DNA of 64,000 bases from Ostreococcus lucimarinus (Eukaryota). The notes beneath the pieces are model-generated. The model had not been told where the DNA came from. It saw only the letters and a program-made list of their open reading frames with translations, and did no database searches. The position numbers were made by a program, and so were the translations under genes. Location of the stretch: assembly GCA_000092065.1 (NCBI GenBank), contig CP000594.1. One strand, given 5' to 3'. This document shows positions 40,452-50,426 of this stretch, one piece after another; within the stretch, counting starts at the first letter, position 1, and every line of letters begins with the position of its first letter.

Positions 40452-42842
40452 ATGGGAGGCGCGCGCGACGACGACGTCGCGACGCACGCGGAGCGGGCGC
40501 GACGGGAGGCGCGAGCGATCGAACGGCGAGCGACGCGGTTGGAGCGACGCGCGGAGGCGCTGCGGGCGCGGCGAAAGGCGCTCGGGACGGAGGCGCGGGA
40601 GGAGGACGTGGCGGCGGCGCGGTGCGCGGCGGAGGCGGAGCGCGAGGAGGCGAGGATTCGAGCGCGCGGGCGCGGTGAGACGGTGGAATCGCTGCGGGAG
40701 AAGCGAGACGCGGTGATGAGGACGCTAGAGGAGGCGAGACGGCACGAGGCCGAGCGGTTGGCGCCGATGGTGGTGAGCGCGCGGGAGGAGTGCGAGATGT
40801 TGCGCGAGGAAATCGAGGGATGCGGGAAGCGCGCCGAGGCGCTGACGGGGAGCAGAGACGAGCGCGAACGACGCGCGTGCGAGGTCGAACGCGCGTGCGC
40901 GAGCGTGCGAGAGGCACTGAAAATCGAGCGAGAGAGATTAAAGTGTGAGAAAGCGGTGTTGGGGAAAATACGAGCTGAAAAAGACGCACTGTTTGAGACG
41001 TTGACGCGCGCTCGAGCCGACGCGGCGACGCTCGAAACCCGCGCGGAGACGCTTCGATGCGCAGAAACCGATGCAGAGACGTCGGTGCGACGCAACGAGC
41101 AAGAATTGAGCGAACACGTGAGTAAGAACGCGAAGTTTGACGAGCAGCTGTCGACCGCGGAGAGAGGTTTAAACGATCTCAAGGCGCTCTTGGAGCGGGA
41201 ATCGTTGGCGCGAGACGAAATCGCCGCCGAGGGCGTGCGCCGCGAGCTCGATCGACGCGCGTGTCAGAAGTCTTTGACTCGAGCCAAGCAGACGTCGCTT
41301 CGTGAGACGCGTGCAAACGCACATCTTACGTATCTCGTGAACGAAATGTTGACGAACGCACGCTCGATTGCCGACATTGTCGAGGACGTCGAAGGGACAA
41401 AGGCTGCGCTCGAACGTGAGCTCGCCACGGCGGTTCGCGACACCAAGCGTACCATAGAAGAGCAAAACGCGCTCAGACTCGACGTGAACGAGCGTAGGGA
41501 AGAGTGCAAGGTAGAAATCACCAAAGGAGATTTGCTTGCGCACACCGTGACAGTCACCGTGCGCCAAGAAATAGCAGATTTAGAAGATGAGGTAAAATGT
41601 CTTCGTCGCGAGGAGGCGGCGAGAAATCGAATACAAAAGTACGTCGCCGACAGGGTCTCGCGCGCGATGAAGCGTCACCAAGGCGTGCAGCAAAACATAG
41701 CACAACTAAAATCGCTATTGCGTATCCGCGATGCGGAGATGATGGATGTGAAGTCAAATATCGACGACGCGCGAGAGCGCCGCTCGCACTTTGAACGCCT
41801 GCGAGAATTGACGACGACGCAACGCGACGCGTTCGCGACGATCGTGAGAAAATCTGGCGTCATCGCCGGAGCTACTCGAGAAAAGAATGAATGTTTACAT
41901 TTGAAAACGTTCGAGCTCGAGCGTCAAGCGCAAGAGAAAGATTGGGAAGTTTCCGCGGCGCGCGGAGAGACAGATGCGAAGAAGCGCGAGAGGGATGCGC
42001 GCCGAAATCAAAACGACGCCGTCTCGCACGTCATCTTGCGCGCCAGAGCGGACATGGAGGTGAGTGAAACCGAACTCGGAAAACTACAAAACGAGCTCAA
42101 GGCCGGGAAGTGCGATCAAGAGCTTTTATTCGAGCAATCAAAGGCGCTTGTGAAATCACGTCAGGCAGTCGCCATGGAGTTGCTCGACCGAAACGACGAG
42201 TTGTGTCAACTGTGCGATCGTATCGCCACGTCCGAAGACGTCAGCCGGCAGTGCGAAGAAGAGCTCGCGCTGCGTGTACATGAATATGAAACACTACGCC
42301 GTCAAGTACACGACCTAGAGCGTTCCCTGATCGTCGCGCGGCGAAACGTCGCCGCCATACCGCGCTACCAAGCCGAGATTTCGAGCAAGCGCTCGACGCT
42401 ATACGAGATGCGCGTCTCGGCGGAGAATCTGAGTCAGCGATTGGAAGATCCGAACGAGCACACGCGGTGGCGATTAATTCATGGTCCGAAGGGTGAGCAA
42501 GAAAACGACGTTGACGTGGACGTTTTCAACGATAAGCTTGCGAGCGTGGGATCGAGAATTCAAGATCAAGAGCGCGAGCTCGCGAGGCGTCGACTGAGAT
42601 GTCAAGACATCGATCGAGAGATTGAACGTTTGCGAGCGGTCATCGCCGAAAATGCAGACGAAGCGATCGAAACTGCGTCGTCGCTCAATCGAGCGAAATC
42701 CAAGCTCTCGGCCGTCGAGCGAGCGCTCCTCGCCGCGGTGTCCGAACTCACCATGTATCGAGCGCTCACCGCCGCGCTCGCCGACGCAAAATCGCGAAAC
42801 ATCGCCGAGATCGATGCCTTACGCTTGAGTTTAGAGACGTAA
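40452..42842 (+). CDS. Long coiled-coil protein, likely flagellar/axonemal (CFAP58/CCDC-like); specific family uncertain
   Basis: About 800 aa of heptad-rich sequence with the motif EDPNEHTRWRLIHGPKGEQ typical of several ciliary coiled-coil proteins. The ORF upstream of 40452 is antisense to the bZIP gene and Arg-rich. Confidence 0.5.
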   Translation: MGGARDDDVATHAERARREARAIERRATRLERRAEALRARRKALGTEAREEDVAAARCAAEAEREEARIRARGRGETVESLREKRDAVMRTLEEARRHEAERLAPMVVSAREECEMLREEIEGCGKRAEALTGSRDERERRACEVERACASVREALKIERERLKCEKAVLGKIRAEKDALFETLTRARADAATLETRAETLRCAETDAETSVRRNEQELSEHVSKNAKFDEQLSTAERGLNDLKALLERESLARDEIAAEGVRRELDRRACQKSLTRAKQTSLRETRANAHLTYLVNEMLTNARSIADIVEDVEGTKAALERELATAVRDTKRTIEEQNALRLDVNERREECKVEITKGDLLAHTVTVTVRQEIADLEDEVKCLRREEAARNRIQKYVADRVSRAMKRHQGVQQNIAQLKSLLRIRDAEMMDVKSNIDDARERRSHFERLRELTTTQRDAFATIVRKSGVIAGATREKNECLHLKTFELERQAQEKDWEVSAARGETDAKKRERDARRNQNDAVSHVILRARADMEVSETELGKLQNELKAGKCDQELLFEQSKALVKSRQAVAMELLDRNDELCQLCDRIATSEDVSRQCEEELALRVHEYETLRRQVHDLERSLIVARRNVAAIPRYQAEISSKRSTLYEMRVSAENLSQRLEDPNEHTRWRLIHGPKGEQENDVDVDVFNDKLASVGSRIQDQERELARRRLRCQDIDREIERLRAVIAENADEAIETASSLNRAKSKLSAVERALLAAVSELTMYRALTAALADAKSRNIAEIDALRLSLET

Positions 42843-42963
42843 ACGAAACGATCTTGATGACGTGAGCGATTACGACGACGACCACGACGACGCGCGCTTG
42901 GACGAACGCATTCAAGCTAAAAGAAAAGAATTACAACCGCTGGGTCTTCGCGCGGTGCTCACC

Positions 42964-43239
42964 CTAACTCGCTAGTATTCCCAGTAGCACCAACACGCCC
43001 GCGATCGCGCTGTACTTGAGCGTCGTAAAAATCAACGCCCACGTCACGCTTATCAGCTTCACCCCAACGACCGCGAACCACACACCGAGCAATCCAAACA
43101 AAACCCCCACCGCCGCGCCCTCGGGCGTGAGCTTGTCCCCGCCCGGCAGCTCGCTCGTCGGCATGCTGAACACGTTGGTATCCGCCTTGTATCGCTGTTG
43201 GTACTTGAACTGATCCAAAAACCACGCCGCTTCGGACAT
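42964..43239 (-). CDS. Small two-TM membrane protein (91 aa), unidentified
   Basis: MSEAAWFLDQFKYQQRYKADTNVF...GAAVGVLFGLLGVWFAVVGVKLISVTWALIFTTLKYSAIAGVLVLLGILAS; upstream part of the ORF is Arg-rich artefact. Confidence 0.35.
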   Translation of the reverse strand: MSEAAWFLDQFKYQQRYKADTNVFSMPTSELPGGDKLTPEGAAVGVLFGLLGVWFAVVGVKLISVTWALIFTTLKYSAIAGVLVLLGILAS

Positions 43240-43534
43240 TTGCACGTCTTTCTGCTCTTCTTCGCGCGCGCGACGACGGCGTGGCGATTTCGCTCGGACG
43301 AGGGCCGTTGAGGTTGGCGTTGGGGTTCGCACGCACCGCGAGTTCGGGACGCGGACGCGCACGCCGGCGCGCGCACGGTGCGCAACGACATCTGATTGAT
43401 GTCTCGGCGCGGTCGCGCGAGGCTGCGTCACGAGTTCGAGCGAGGCGCGCACTGCGGCGAAGGCTGGGTCGCCCAGCGAGCGAGCGTCGAGAGTAACTCG
43501 AGAGTCACGAAAGCAATGAATCAATCAAAATCAG

Positions 43535-44506
43535 CTATGTTTCCGTGGTGACGTACGTGTACACGTCTCCCGATCGCCCGAATCCTAGGGGTAGTTTTTT
43601 ACCCACGATGCCCGCGTAATCGCCGACGCTCCATCGGACGCACCGCTCGTGGAGCGCGTGCGCGTGCGAACCCGGCTCGATGTTTGGATTATTCAAGAAC
43701 TCGTCCACGCTCGCCCACTTCGCGCGCTCGATCTCTGTTTCCTGAATCTTAATCTCCCTCGACGCTCCATCCTTGACGCGCAGGCCGACGCAAAAGAATA
43801 AATCAGATTTGCCAAACAACCCAAAGTGGCCGTGTCGACACCCCACGACGGCGTCGAACGTCGTCTCGATCCCAGTCTCCTCCAACACTTCCCGCACCGC
43901 CGCGTCGGGAATGTCCTCCCCAGCCTCCAACAACCCCGTCGGCATCTTCCACAGATCTCTCCCGCTCGCCGGACCTCGTCGTTCCTGCACGAGGAGCACC
44001 TTTTCGTTTTCGCCGTCGTACACAAACGCCCCGACGCCAACCTGATGCGACGCATTATTCGGTATCGTCGACGCCTCATCGCTCGGCAACCACGTCGTCA
44101 TCATCACATACGTTCTTTCGGCGTGATGAAACTCAAATCCGCGCTCCTTCGCCACCGGAACCAACCGCGCGTCGTCGAGCGCGAGCTTCAGCCACACCCC
44201 TCGCGCGCCGCTCGCGCGCCACGTCGCCAACCACCCTCCCAGCGTCGCGTCGAACGCCTCCGGCGTGCGCGCCGCCCTCACGAACGCATCGTGCGCGTTA
44301 TCGACGATGATCCCACCGTATCGATCGATCGTCCACGGCGCGTTCGTCGCCGTCGCCATCGACGTCCCCGCGGTCGCCGTCGTCGTCGTCGTCGCGTCGC
44401 GTCGTCGCGTCGCCTCGCGCGTCGCGCCGTGGCGCGTCGTTTTTCGCACCGTCGCTCGAGCGCGTCGTCGCGCGCACGCGACGAGCGTCCTCGCGAGCGT
44501 CGACAT
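43535..44506 (-). CDS. Nudix hydrolase of the plant NUDX2/6/7-like family (ADP-ribose/NADH pyrophosphatase type)
   Basis: Nudix box GLLEAGEDIPDAAVREVLEETGI plus family-specific flanks (GVGAFVYDGENEKVLLVQE..., HFGLFGKSDLFFCVGLR, EIERAKWASVDEF). Confidence 0.8.
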   Translation of the reverse strand: MSTLARTLVACARRRARATVRKTTRHGATREATRRRDATTTTTATAGTSMATATNAPWTIDRYGGIIVDNAHDAFVRAARTPEAFDATLGGWLATWRASGARGVWLKLALDDARLVPVAKERGFEFHHAERTYVMMTTWLPSDEASTIPNNASHQVGVGAFVYDGENEKVLLVQERRGPASGRDLWKMPTGLLEAGEDIPDAAVREVLEETGIETTFDAVVGCRHGHFGLFGKSDLFFCVGLRVKDGASREIKIQETEIERAKWASVDEFLNNPNIEPGSHAHALHERCVRWSVGDYAGIVGKKLPLGFGRSGDVYTYVTTET

Positions 44507-44773
44507 GCGCGGCGCCGCGCGACCGCGCGCCGCGCGCGCGTCCGCGCGCCCACACACGCGGGTGTCGCCCCGCCACATCCCGGCACCCATATACATACCA
44601 TCAAACACACCCAAAGTACGCATACAAACCACATACGAAATACCACGCGAAATCCATCATTAAAATCAGGCACCCCCCGCCGCGCCCCATCGCGCGACAG
44701 GCGCGTCGATTTCGAAATCCCGCGTCGCCCGCGCGCCACTCCGCGACGCCGCGCGCGCCCGAGCGCACGCGCG

Positions 44774-45060
44774 ATGCCGCCCGCGCTGACGCCGAACGCG
44801 ATATCCAATATTCTCGAACAGACCCACGGATCGCAGGACTTCAAACCCATCGTCCAAGTGTTCGATCTGAAGGAATTGAAAACCAAACCCGACGCCGACG
44901 ACGCCGCGAAGCGATTCCGCGTCCTCGCGTCCGACGGTGGATTCGCGGCGCAGGGATTGTTCGGGGCGGAGTTGAACGCGATGTGCGAGCGAGGGGAAAT
45001 TACGAAATTCACGGTGCTGCGGTTGAGAGAGTACATCGTGAACGATCTGAACGGGAGACG
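44774..45060 (+). CDS. RPA1: Replication protein A 70-kDa subunit, exon 1 (N-terminal DBD-F/70N domain)
   Basis: MPPALTPNAISNILEQ...KPIVQVFDLKEL...RFRVLASDGGFAAQGLF...FTVLRLREYIVNDLNGRR matches RPA70N; exon ends CG|GTGCGT. Confidence 0.8.
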
Positions 45061-45254
45061 GTGCGTGCGCGAGATGGGTTGGGATGGGCGGCGCGGCGCG
45101 GCGCGGCGCGGCGCGAGGGGCGAGACGAGACGCGCGAGGATGGAGACGCGCGATCGAGGGATCGCGATGATCTTGGATGGAAGCGAGGAAGGCGGCGCGA
45201 TGCGCGAGGGGGGTGACTGACGATCGTGCGAACGGACGAATGGTTTGAACGTAG
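45061..45254 (+). other. RPA70 intron (194 nt), GTGCGT ... GTAG
   Basis: Splicing joins ...NGRR-R-ILIVMDAEVM..., aligning with human ...DGRRVVILMELEVL...; contains a (GGCGC)n run. Confidence 0.8.
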
Positions 45255-47466
45255 GATTTTGATCGTCATGGACGCCGAGGTGATGGATCGGTACGACGCC
45301 GTCATCGGACAGCCGCGGGTGTGGCAGCCGGGGACTGGGACGAACGCGTCGACGGGGATGAACGCGGGGGGGATGCAACAGCAAAGAAACGCGTACGGAG
45401 GAGCGCCGGCGGCGCAGGTGGAAGGCTACGGGTCGGGTGGAGGGAACGGCGCGAATCTGGCGACGGAACCGCCGCGCGCGAGCGGTGGCGGGTACGGTGG
45501 CGGCGCGCCGGCGGCGCAGGGGCAGTATCGTCGAGATGGTGGCGCGGTGGCGCGCAATGAGCAGCCGAGGTCCATCACGCCGATCCATGCGTTGAACCCG
45601 TACCAGAACCGTTGGACTATTCGCGCGCGAATCACGACTCCGTTGGAGTTGCGCTCGTATTCGAATGCGAAAGGCGAAGGTAAGGTGCTCGGCTTTCAAG
45701 TGCTCGATGCCGACGGAACGGAGATCAAGTGCGTGTGCTTTAACGACACCGCCGTGCGCCTCGCGGGGGAGTTACGTCAAGGCTTGGTGTACGAAATTTC
45801 CAAGGGAGCAATCGTCACGCCGCGCGACCCGCGGTACGCGATTTATCAGTACGAAATTAAGTTGGATAACCACGCGACGTTCGTGCCGTGTCCAGACGCC
45901 GAACGCGACATCAAGAAGATGGTATACAAGTTCAAGAAGCTTTCTGAACTCGACGCGCTCAACGCCGGAGATATGGTGGATGTCATTGGCATCGCATACT
46001 CTGTGGGTGATTTGACGACGATCATGAAGCGCGACGGTTCCGAAACTTCGAAGCGTTCTGTGATGATTCGCGACGACTCGGACACATCCATCGAGTTCAC
46101 GCTTTGGGATCCGCACTCAGTCGAGATTGGCGGGCAAATCGAAAGCTTGATCGCTAGCGGCGAAAAACCCGTCATCGCGGTGAAGAGCTCTCGATTGGGC
46201 GAGTTCCAAGGCAAGAACATGGGCACCGTGAGCAGCACGATGGTAGAAATAAATCCCGACAGTTCCGAGGCGACGCGCATGCGCGTTTGGTTTGATCAAG
46301 GCGGCGCCGATAAAACTTTCAACTCCTTGAGCGGTTCTGGCGGTGGCGGCGGCAAAGGCAGTGGTGAATTGCTCTCGTTCTCGACTGTGAAAGAGATCGG
46401 TGAAGAACTCGTGGCTAAAAATGAGGGCGTGGCGTACCTGAGTTGCTGCGGTATCATAAAGCACATCAAACTCGGCGCGGAAGGTAACTTCTATCCCGCG
46501 TGTCCGTTGCTTAATGGTGAACGCACGTGCCAAAAGAAGCTGCGTAAAGATGACTCGACTGGTGAATGGAAGTGCGAACGTCACGCCGGTGAAAAAATCG
46601 AAGCCGCGGATTGGCGTTACATGTTTAGCATGGTTTGCATGGATCACAGCGATGAGTATTGGGTGAGCGTTTTCGGTGACAAGGGTGACAAGATTTTCGG
46701 GATAAGCGCCGCTGAAATGAAGGAAATCTACGACCGTGAACCGGAGCGATACGAAAACATGATCAGTGACGCACTGTTCAACGATTACTCTCTACGCGTT
46801 AAGGTCGCCGTTGACAACTACACCGACGTACCCCGCGCCAAGGGCAGCTTGGTTGAAATCGAGCGCGTCAACTACGTAGACATGAGCAAGAAGTTGATCG
46901 GCAAGATTGCAAAGCTTCACGCTGGCGAAGAACCCGAAGTGTACGTGCCGCCTACGAAGAAGCGTGCTTCCGATGTCGGTTACGGGCAGGAGAACAAGAT
47001 GCCGGCGTTCAACGGCGGTTGGAACCAAGCGGGTGGGCAAGCCAACGGTGGTGGCGCGAGTGCCGCGAACGCCGCGAACGCAACTTGCTACAAGTGCGGT
47101 CAGACCGGTCATTTTGCGGCAGCCTGCCCGAGCGGTGGCGGCGGCGGCGGCGGTGCGTCGTACAACCAATTCAATGGCAACGGCGGCGGTGGCGGCTTCA
47201 ACAACAACGCTCCGAAGAAGGGCGCTTGCCACAAGTGCGGCGGAGAGGGACACTGGGCGCGCGACTGTCCGAACGCGGCCTACATGGGCAACGGCAACGG
47301 CGGTAATCAACCGGTGCACAACGGCAACGGCTACGGTGGTGGCGGCTACGGTGGCGGCGGCGGCGGCTACGGTGGCGGCGGCGGCGGCTACGGCGGCGGC
47401 GGCGGCGGCTACGGCGGCGGCGGCGGCGGTTACGGCGGTGGTGGCTACGGCGGCGGTGGTTTTTAA
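45255..47466 (+). CDS. RPA1: RPA70 exon 2: DBD-A, DBD-B, DBD-C (C4 zinc ribbon) plus C-terminal extension with two CCHC zinc knuckles and a Gly/Tyr-rich tail
   Basis: LNPYQNRWTIRARIT...EGKVLGFQVLDADGTEIKCVCFND (DBD-A), CPLLNGERTCQKKLRKDDSTGEWKCERHAGE (zinc ribbon), MISDALFNDYSLRVKV (DBD-C end). Then CYKCGQTGHFAAAC and CHKCGGEGHWARDC knuckles and (GGYGGGG)n. Confidence 0.85.
47329..47460 (+). repeat. Tandem 21-nt repeat (GGCGGCGGCGGCGGCTACGGT-like, about 6 units) encoding the GGYGGGGGG tail of RPA70
   Basis: Read directly; in-frame with the RPA70 CDS. Confidence 0.8.
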
Positions 47467-47552
47467 AATCAGATCACGAACAAACGCACGAACGCACGAA
47501 TAGATGACACGCGCATGTAACATGAACGAACGAATACAACAAATTACAAACA

Positions 47553-49619
47553 CTATTCGTCGACGAGCGGAAGCGCGTCTCTCGAACGGATGGCTGGAAG
47601 CATAGCCGGAATCAAGTTCAGGTAATCTTCCAACAGTCCTGTCGTGGTGATGAACTGCCACGTGAAGAAGGCCATGACGAGTGATACGAAAAGCGTGGCG
47701 ACGAAAGCGCGCTCGCGGAAACCCGAACGCCGGATCATAGCGATCGTCGTTGCCATGACGGGATGAATCGTCATTCTGAAGTAGAACATCGGATAGAAAA
47801 CGACGAGCGCGACGGAGTACACGGCCAAGTGTCTCAAGTACTGACGACGCTGTGACCCAGACATTTGCTGCCACGTAAGACCTCGCCACGAGCCCGCTAA
47901 AGCTCGTCGCGGCGGTCTTGGAACGAAAGGTTCATGCTTGCACTTGACGCAGTGACACTTACCACCCACGATGCAACGAGGCAAGATGTGGGGCGAAAAC
48001 TTTTCATGCAGCTTTTCGATGCCATCGTCGTCCGCTTGGTAAATCAAAATGCGTCCCTTTGTGCTACTACTCACGACCTCGAGTAATATTTGCAACGCAC
48101 GTCTCATGAGCCACCACACATTGATGCAATGCACCTCGCACGCCAGCTCCGGGTAGTTGGCGTCGAGCGTCACGAGAGTCGTGGCGACGAGGGAAATCGG
48201 AAGCGAAGTCAAATCGATACCCGAGCAATCGACGAGCGCCACCAAACGACCTCGCATGACACCATTTGACTTCTTCAACCGCATCCACTCCTGCTCGGCG
48301 TGCGTCATCACCGCGGCAACGACTTCGTCCAAGCCTTCCATGCCCACTGCGTCCATGGCGGCTCGAAGTCTCAGCACGAGTTGATAACCGCCGCTCCAGC
48401 TTTGCTTCGGACCGTGAATGTATACCACGTTCTCAAACTGCTTCAGCTTGGCGTCGGTCAAGAACTCATACCTTCTGCGCCATTGCAACGATCGTTCCAC
48501 GGCTTGCGCCGCGGCGGACGTGTGCTTCCACTGTAACAAGAAAGCCGCGAGTTGGGTGTCGGTGAACTTGGCTCTCGCGGTCGGCGAGAGTTTATTTTTC
48601 AAAGCGTGAATCTCGTATTCGCGGGGAATTAACAGTGCGTTCCCGTATCCAGTATCTGTCGCCACCACACCAGTGTACACGGCGGCTGGCAGTCGATGTA
48701 ATCTATTCATTCCGCCCTTGACCCAACCGACGGGGCGCAGCAGCGCGTGCCTTTGCCTATGGCTTTCGGCGTACTCTCTCGATTGATTGATGCTCTCGTC
48801 GTCGCTCTCTTCATCGCTACCTATGTCTTCGTCACTGGCGTACTCTCCGTTCGTCCCCGTTCCCGATCCACGTCGACGCCTTCGTCTGTTCCTAGCCCCC
48901 GTGAATCGCGCGATGGTGCTCAGCTGTCCCTCCGCGTGCCGCATCGCGTACAGCACGTCCCTCGGCAACGTCTCCTCCAAAACCTCCCACGCCTCGTTCA
49001 CCGCCGCCCTATACGAACTCACCTCATTCTTCACCTTATTCTTCGCCAACAACTTCCCCAACCGCTTCGCGTGTCGCTGCAGCTTTATCCGCACCGCCGG
49101 AATCTTGCACACGCGCGCCGCCATTTTCGCAAACTTCCGCACGAAACATTTATACGGCGCCGACGCCGCGACGAGCAGCGCCACGCGTCCCGTGATCGTC
49201 GGCAGCGGCTTACTCGACGCCAGCCCCTTCGTCATCGTCGCCAACGCCTTGACGACGAGCGTTTCGATCCTTCGTCTTCGCGTCCCGACCGCGTTCGCCT
49301 TTAAAAATCCCAACGTTCGTCGTCCGCGGTGGTTGACGCGATACATCTCTCCCGCGCACACGCACGCCGCGACCAGCGGGCCGCGTCGTCGTCGGGCTTT
49401 GCGCAGCCAGACGACTCGCGCGGCGTAGCTCGCGAACTGCGCCGTGGGCGTCGTCGCGCGGTACAATTCGCGCGCGACCGCCGCCGTGGACGCCGTCGCG
49501 AGCGCGACGGCACCGCGACCGAGCGGGCGCGTCGTCGCGCGCGCGACGACGCGAACGGCGACCTCAGCGGTAGCACCATCGTCCGCGCGCGTCGACGACG
49601 CGCCGGACGACGGCGTCAT
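47553..49619 (-). CDS. CRAL-TRIO (Sec14-like) lipid-transfer domain protein with C-terminal TM helices
   Basis: FENVVYIHGPKQSWSGGYQLVLRL...LVALVDCSGIDLTSLPISLVATTLVTLDANYPELACEVHCINVWWLMRRALQILLEVV...ILPRCIVGGKCHC fits the Sec14 fold pattern; two hydrophobic helices near the C-terminus. N-terminal boundary uncertain. Confidence 0.6.
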   Translation of the reverse strand: MTPSSGASSTRADDGATAEVAVRVVARATTRPLGRGAVALATASTAAVARELYRATTPTAQFASYAARVVWLRKARRRRGPLVAACVCAGEMYRVNHRGRRTLGFLKANAVGTRRRRIETLVVKALATMTKGLASSKPLPTITGRVALLVAASAPYKCFVRKFAKMAARVCKIPAVRIKLQRHAKRLGKLLAKNKVKNEVSSYRAAVNEAWEVLEETLPRDVLYAMRHAEGQLSTIARFTGARNRRRRRRGSGTGTNGEYASDEDIGSDEESDDESINQSREYAESHRQRHALLRPVGWVKGGMNRLHRLPAAVYTGVVATDTGYGNALLIPREYEIHALKNKLSPTARAKFTDTQLAAFLLQWKHTSAAAQAVERSLQWRRRYEFLTDAKLKQFENVVYIHGPKQSWSGGYQLVLRLRAAMDAVGMEGLDEVVAAVMTHAEQEWMRLKKSNGVMRGRLVALVDCSGIDLTSLPISLVATTLVTLDANYPELACEVHCINVWWLMRRALQILLEVVSSSTKGRILIYQADDDGIEKLHEKFSPHILPRCIVGGKCHCVKCKHEPFVPRPPRRALAGSWRGLTWQQMSGSQRRQYLRHLAVYSVALVVFYPMFYFRMTIHPVMATTIAMIRRSGFRERAFVATLFVSLVMAFFTWQFITTTGLLEDYLNLIPAMLPAIRSRDALPLVDE

Positions 49620-49766
49620 GACGCGCGTCGACGACTGACGCGGCGCGCGCCGAACGCGCCGCGCGGCGACGCCGCGAGCGACGAACGACGCGCCGCGAGA
49701 TCACGCGAAACGACGCCGCGATAACGCTACGACGAATACATCGAATAAATAGACGCGCCTACGAAT

Positions 49767-50321
49767 CTACGAATCGCGATCGCCGCTCGAATCGCGATCG
49801 CCCGCCTCGAGCGCGCCCGTCAACATCGCGCGCCGAAGCGTCAAGTTATCCTCGCGCGTCCGGTCGATCGCCTCAGCCTTCATCCAATCGTAATCGAATC
49901 CCTCGGCATCGCACGCCAGCACTTTTCTCGTCTCGATGATTCGCACGGCGACGAGTCGGTAATCCAGCTCTTCGTGCGCCATGAGTTCCGCCAACCACGC
50001 GCTCGCGTCGGCGCGCAGCGGCTTGGCGTGCAGGTAATCGATCAGTTTCGGCGCCATCGGCGAGCGGTGTCGCGTCCCTGACATCTGGTCCAGGACGACG
50101 CGGACGGCGGACATGGTGAGGAGGTCGGCGAGCGCCTTGGCGGCCTTTCGCGGCGGCGTGAGACCGTCGAAGTCGACGGTGGCGAAGAAGTCCGCGCCGA
50201 GGGCGTCGTCGTCGTCGGCGGCGGCGCGCGCGCGAGGCGAGGCGCGCGCGCGCGCGCGAGCGCGCGCGACGCGACCGGACGTGGACGCAGCGGCGGCGCT
50301 CGCGGCGGCGCTCGCGCGCAT
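49767..50321 (-). CDS. RBCX: Rubisco assembly chaperone RbcX homologue with plastid transit peptide
   Basis: RKAAKALADLLTMSAVRVVLDQMSGT aligns with cyanobacterial RbcX KETAITLQSYLTYQAVRLISQQLSET; ELDYRLVAVRIIETRKVLA vs ELVLRILTVRENLAE; NLTLRRAML vs NHRRSLLERL. Ala/Arg-rich N-terminus. Confidence 0.55.
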   Translation of the reverse strand: MRASAAASAAAASTSGRVARARARARASPRARAAADDDDALGADFFATVDFDGLTPPRKAAKALADLLTMSAVRVVLDQMSGTRHRSPMAPKLIDYLHAKPLRADASAWLAELMAHEELDYRLVAVRIIETRKVLACDAEGFDYDWMKAEAIDRTREDNLTLRRAMLTGALEAGDRDSSGDRDS

Positions 50322-50426
50322 GACGGCGCGGCGCGCGCGGGTGTGAGGAGGACGCGCGGTCGACGCGCGCGAGCGGGACGCGAGGGGCGTCGGTTGACGT
50401 CGGTTCAGCGCGAAAGGTGCGTCGAT

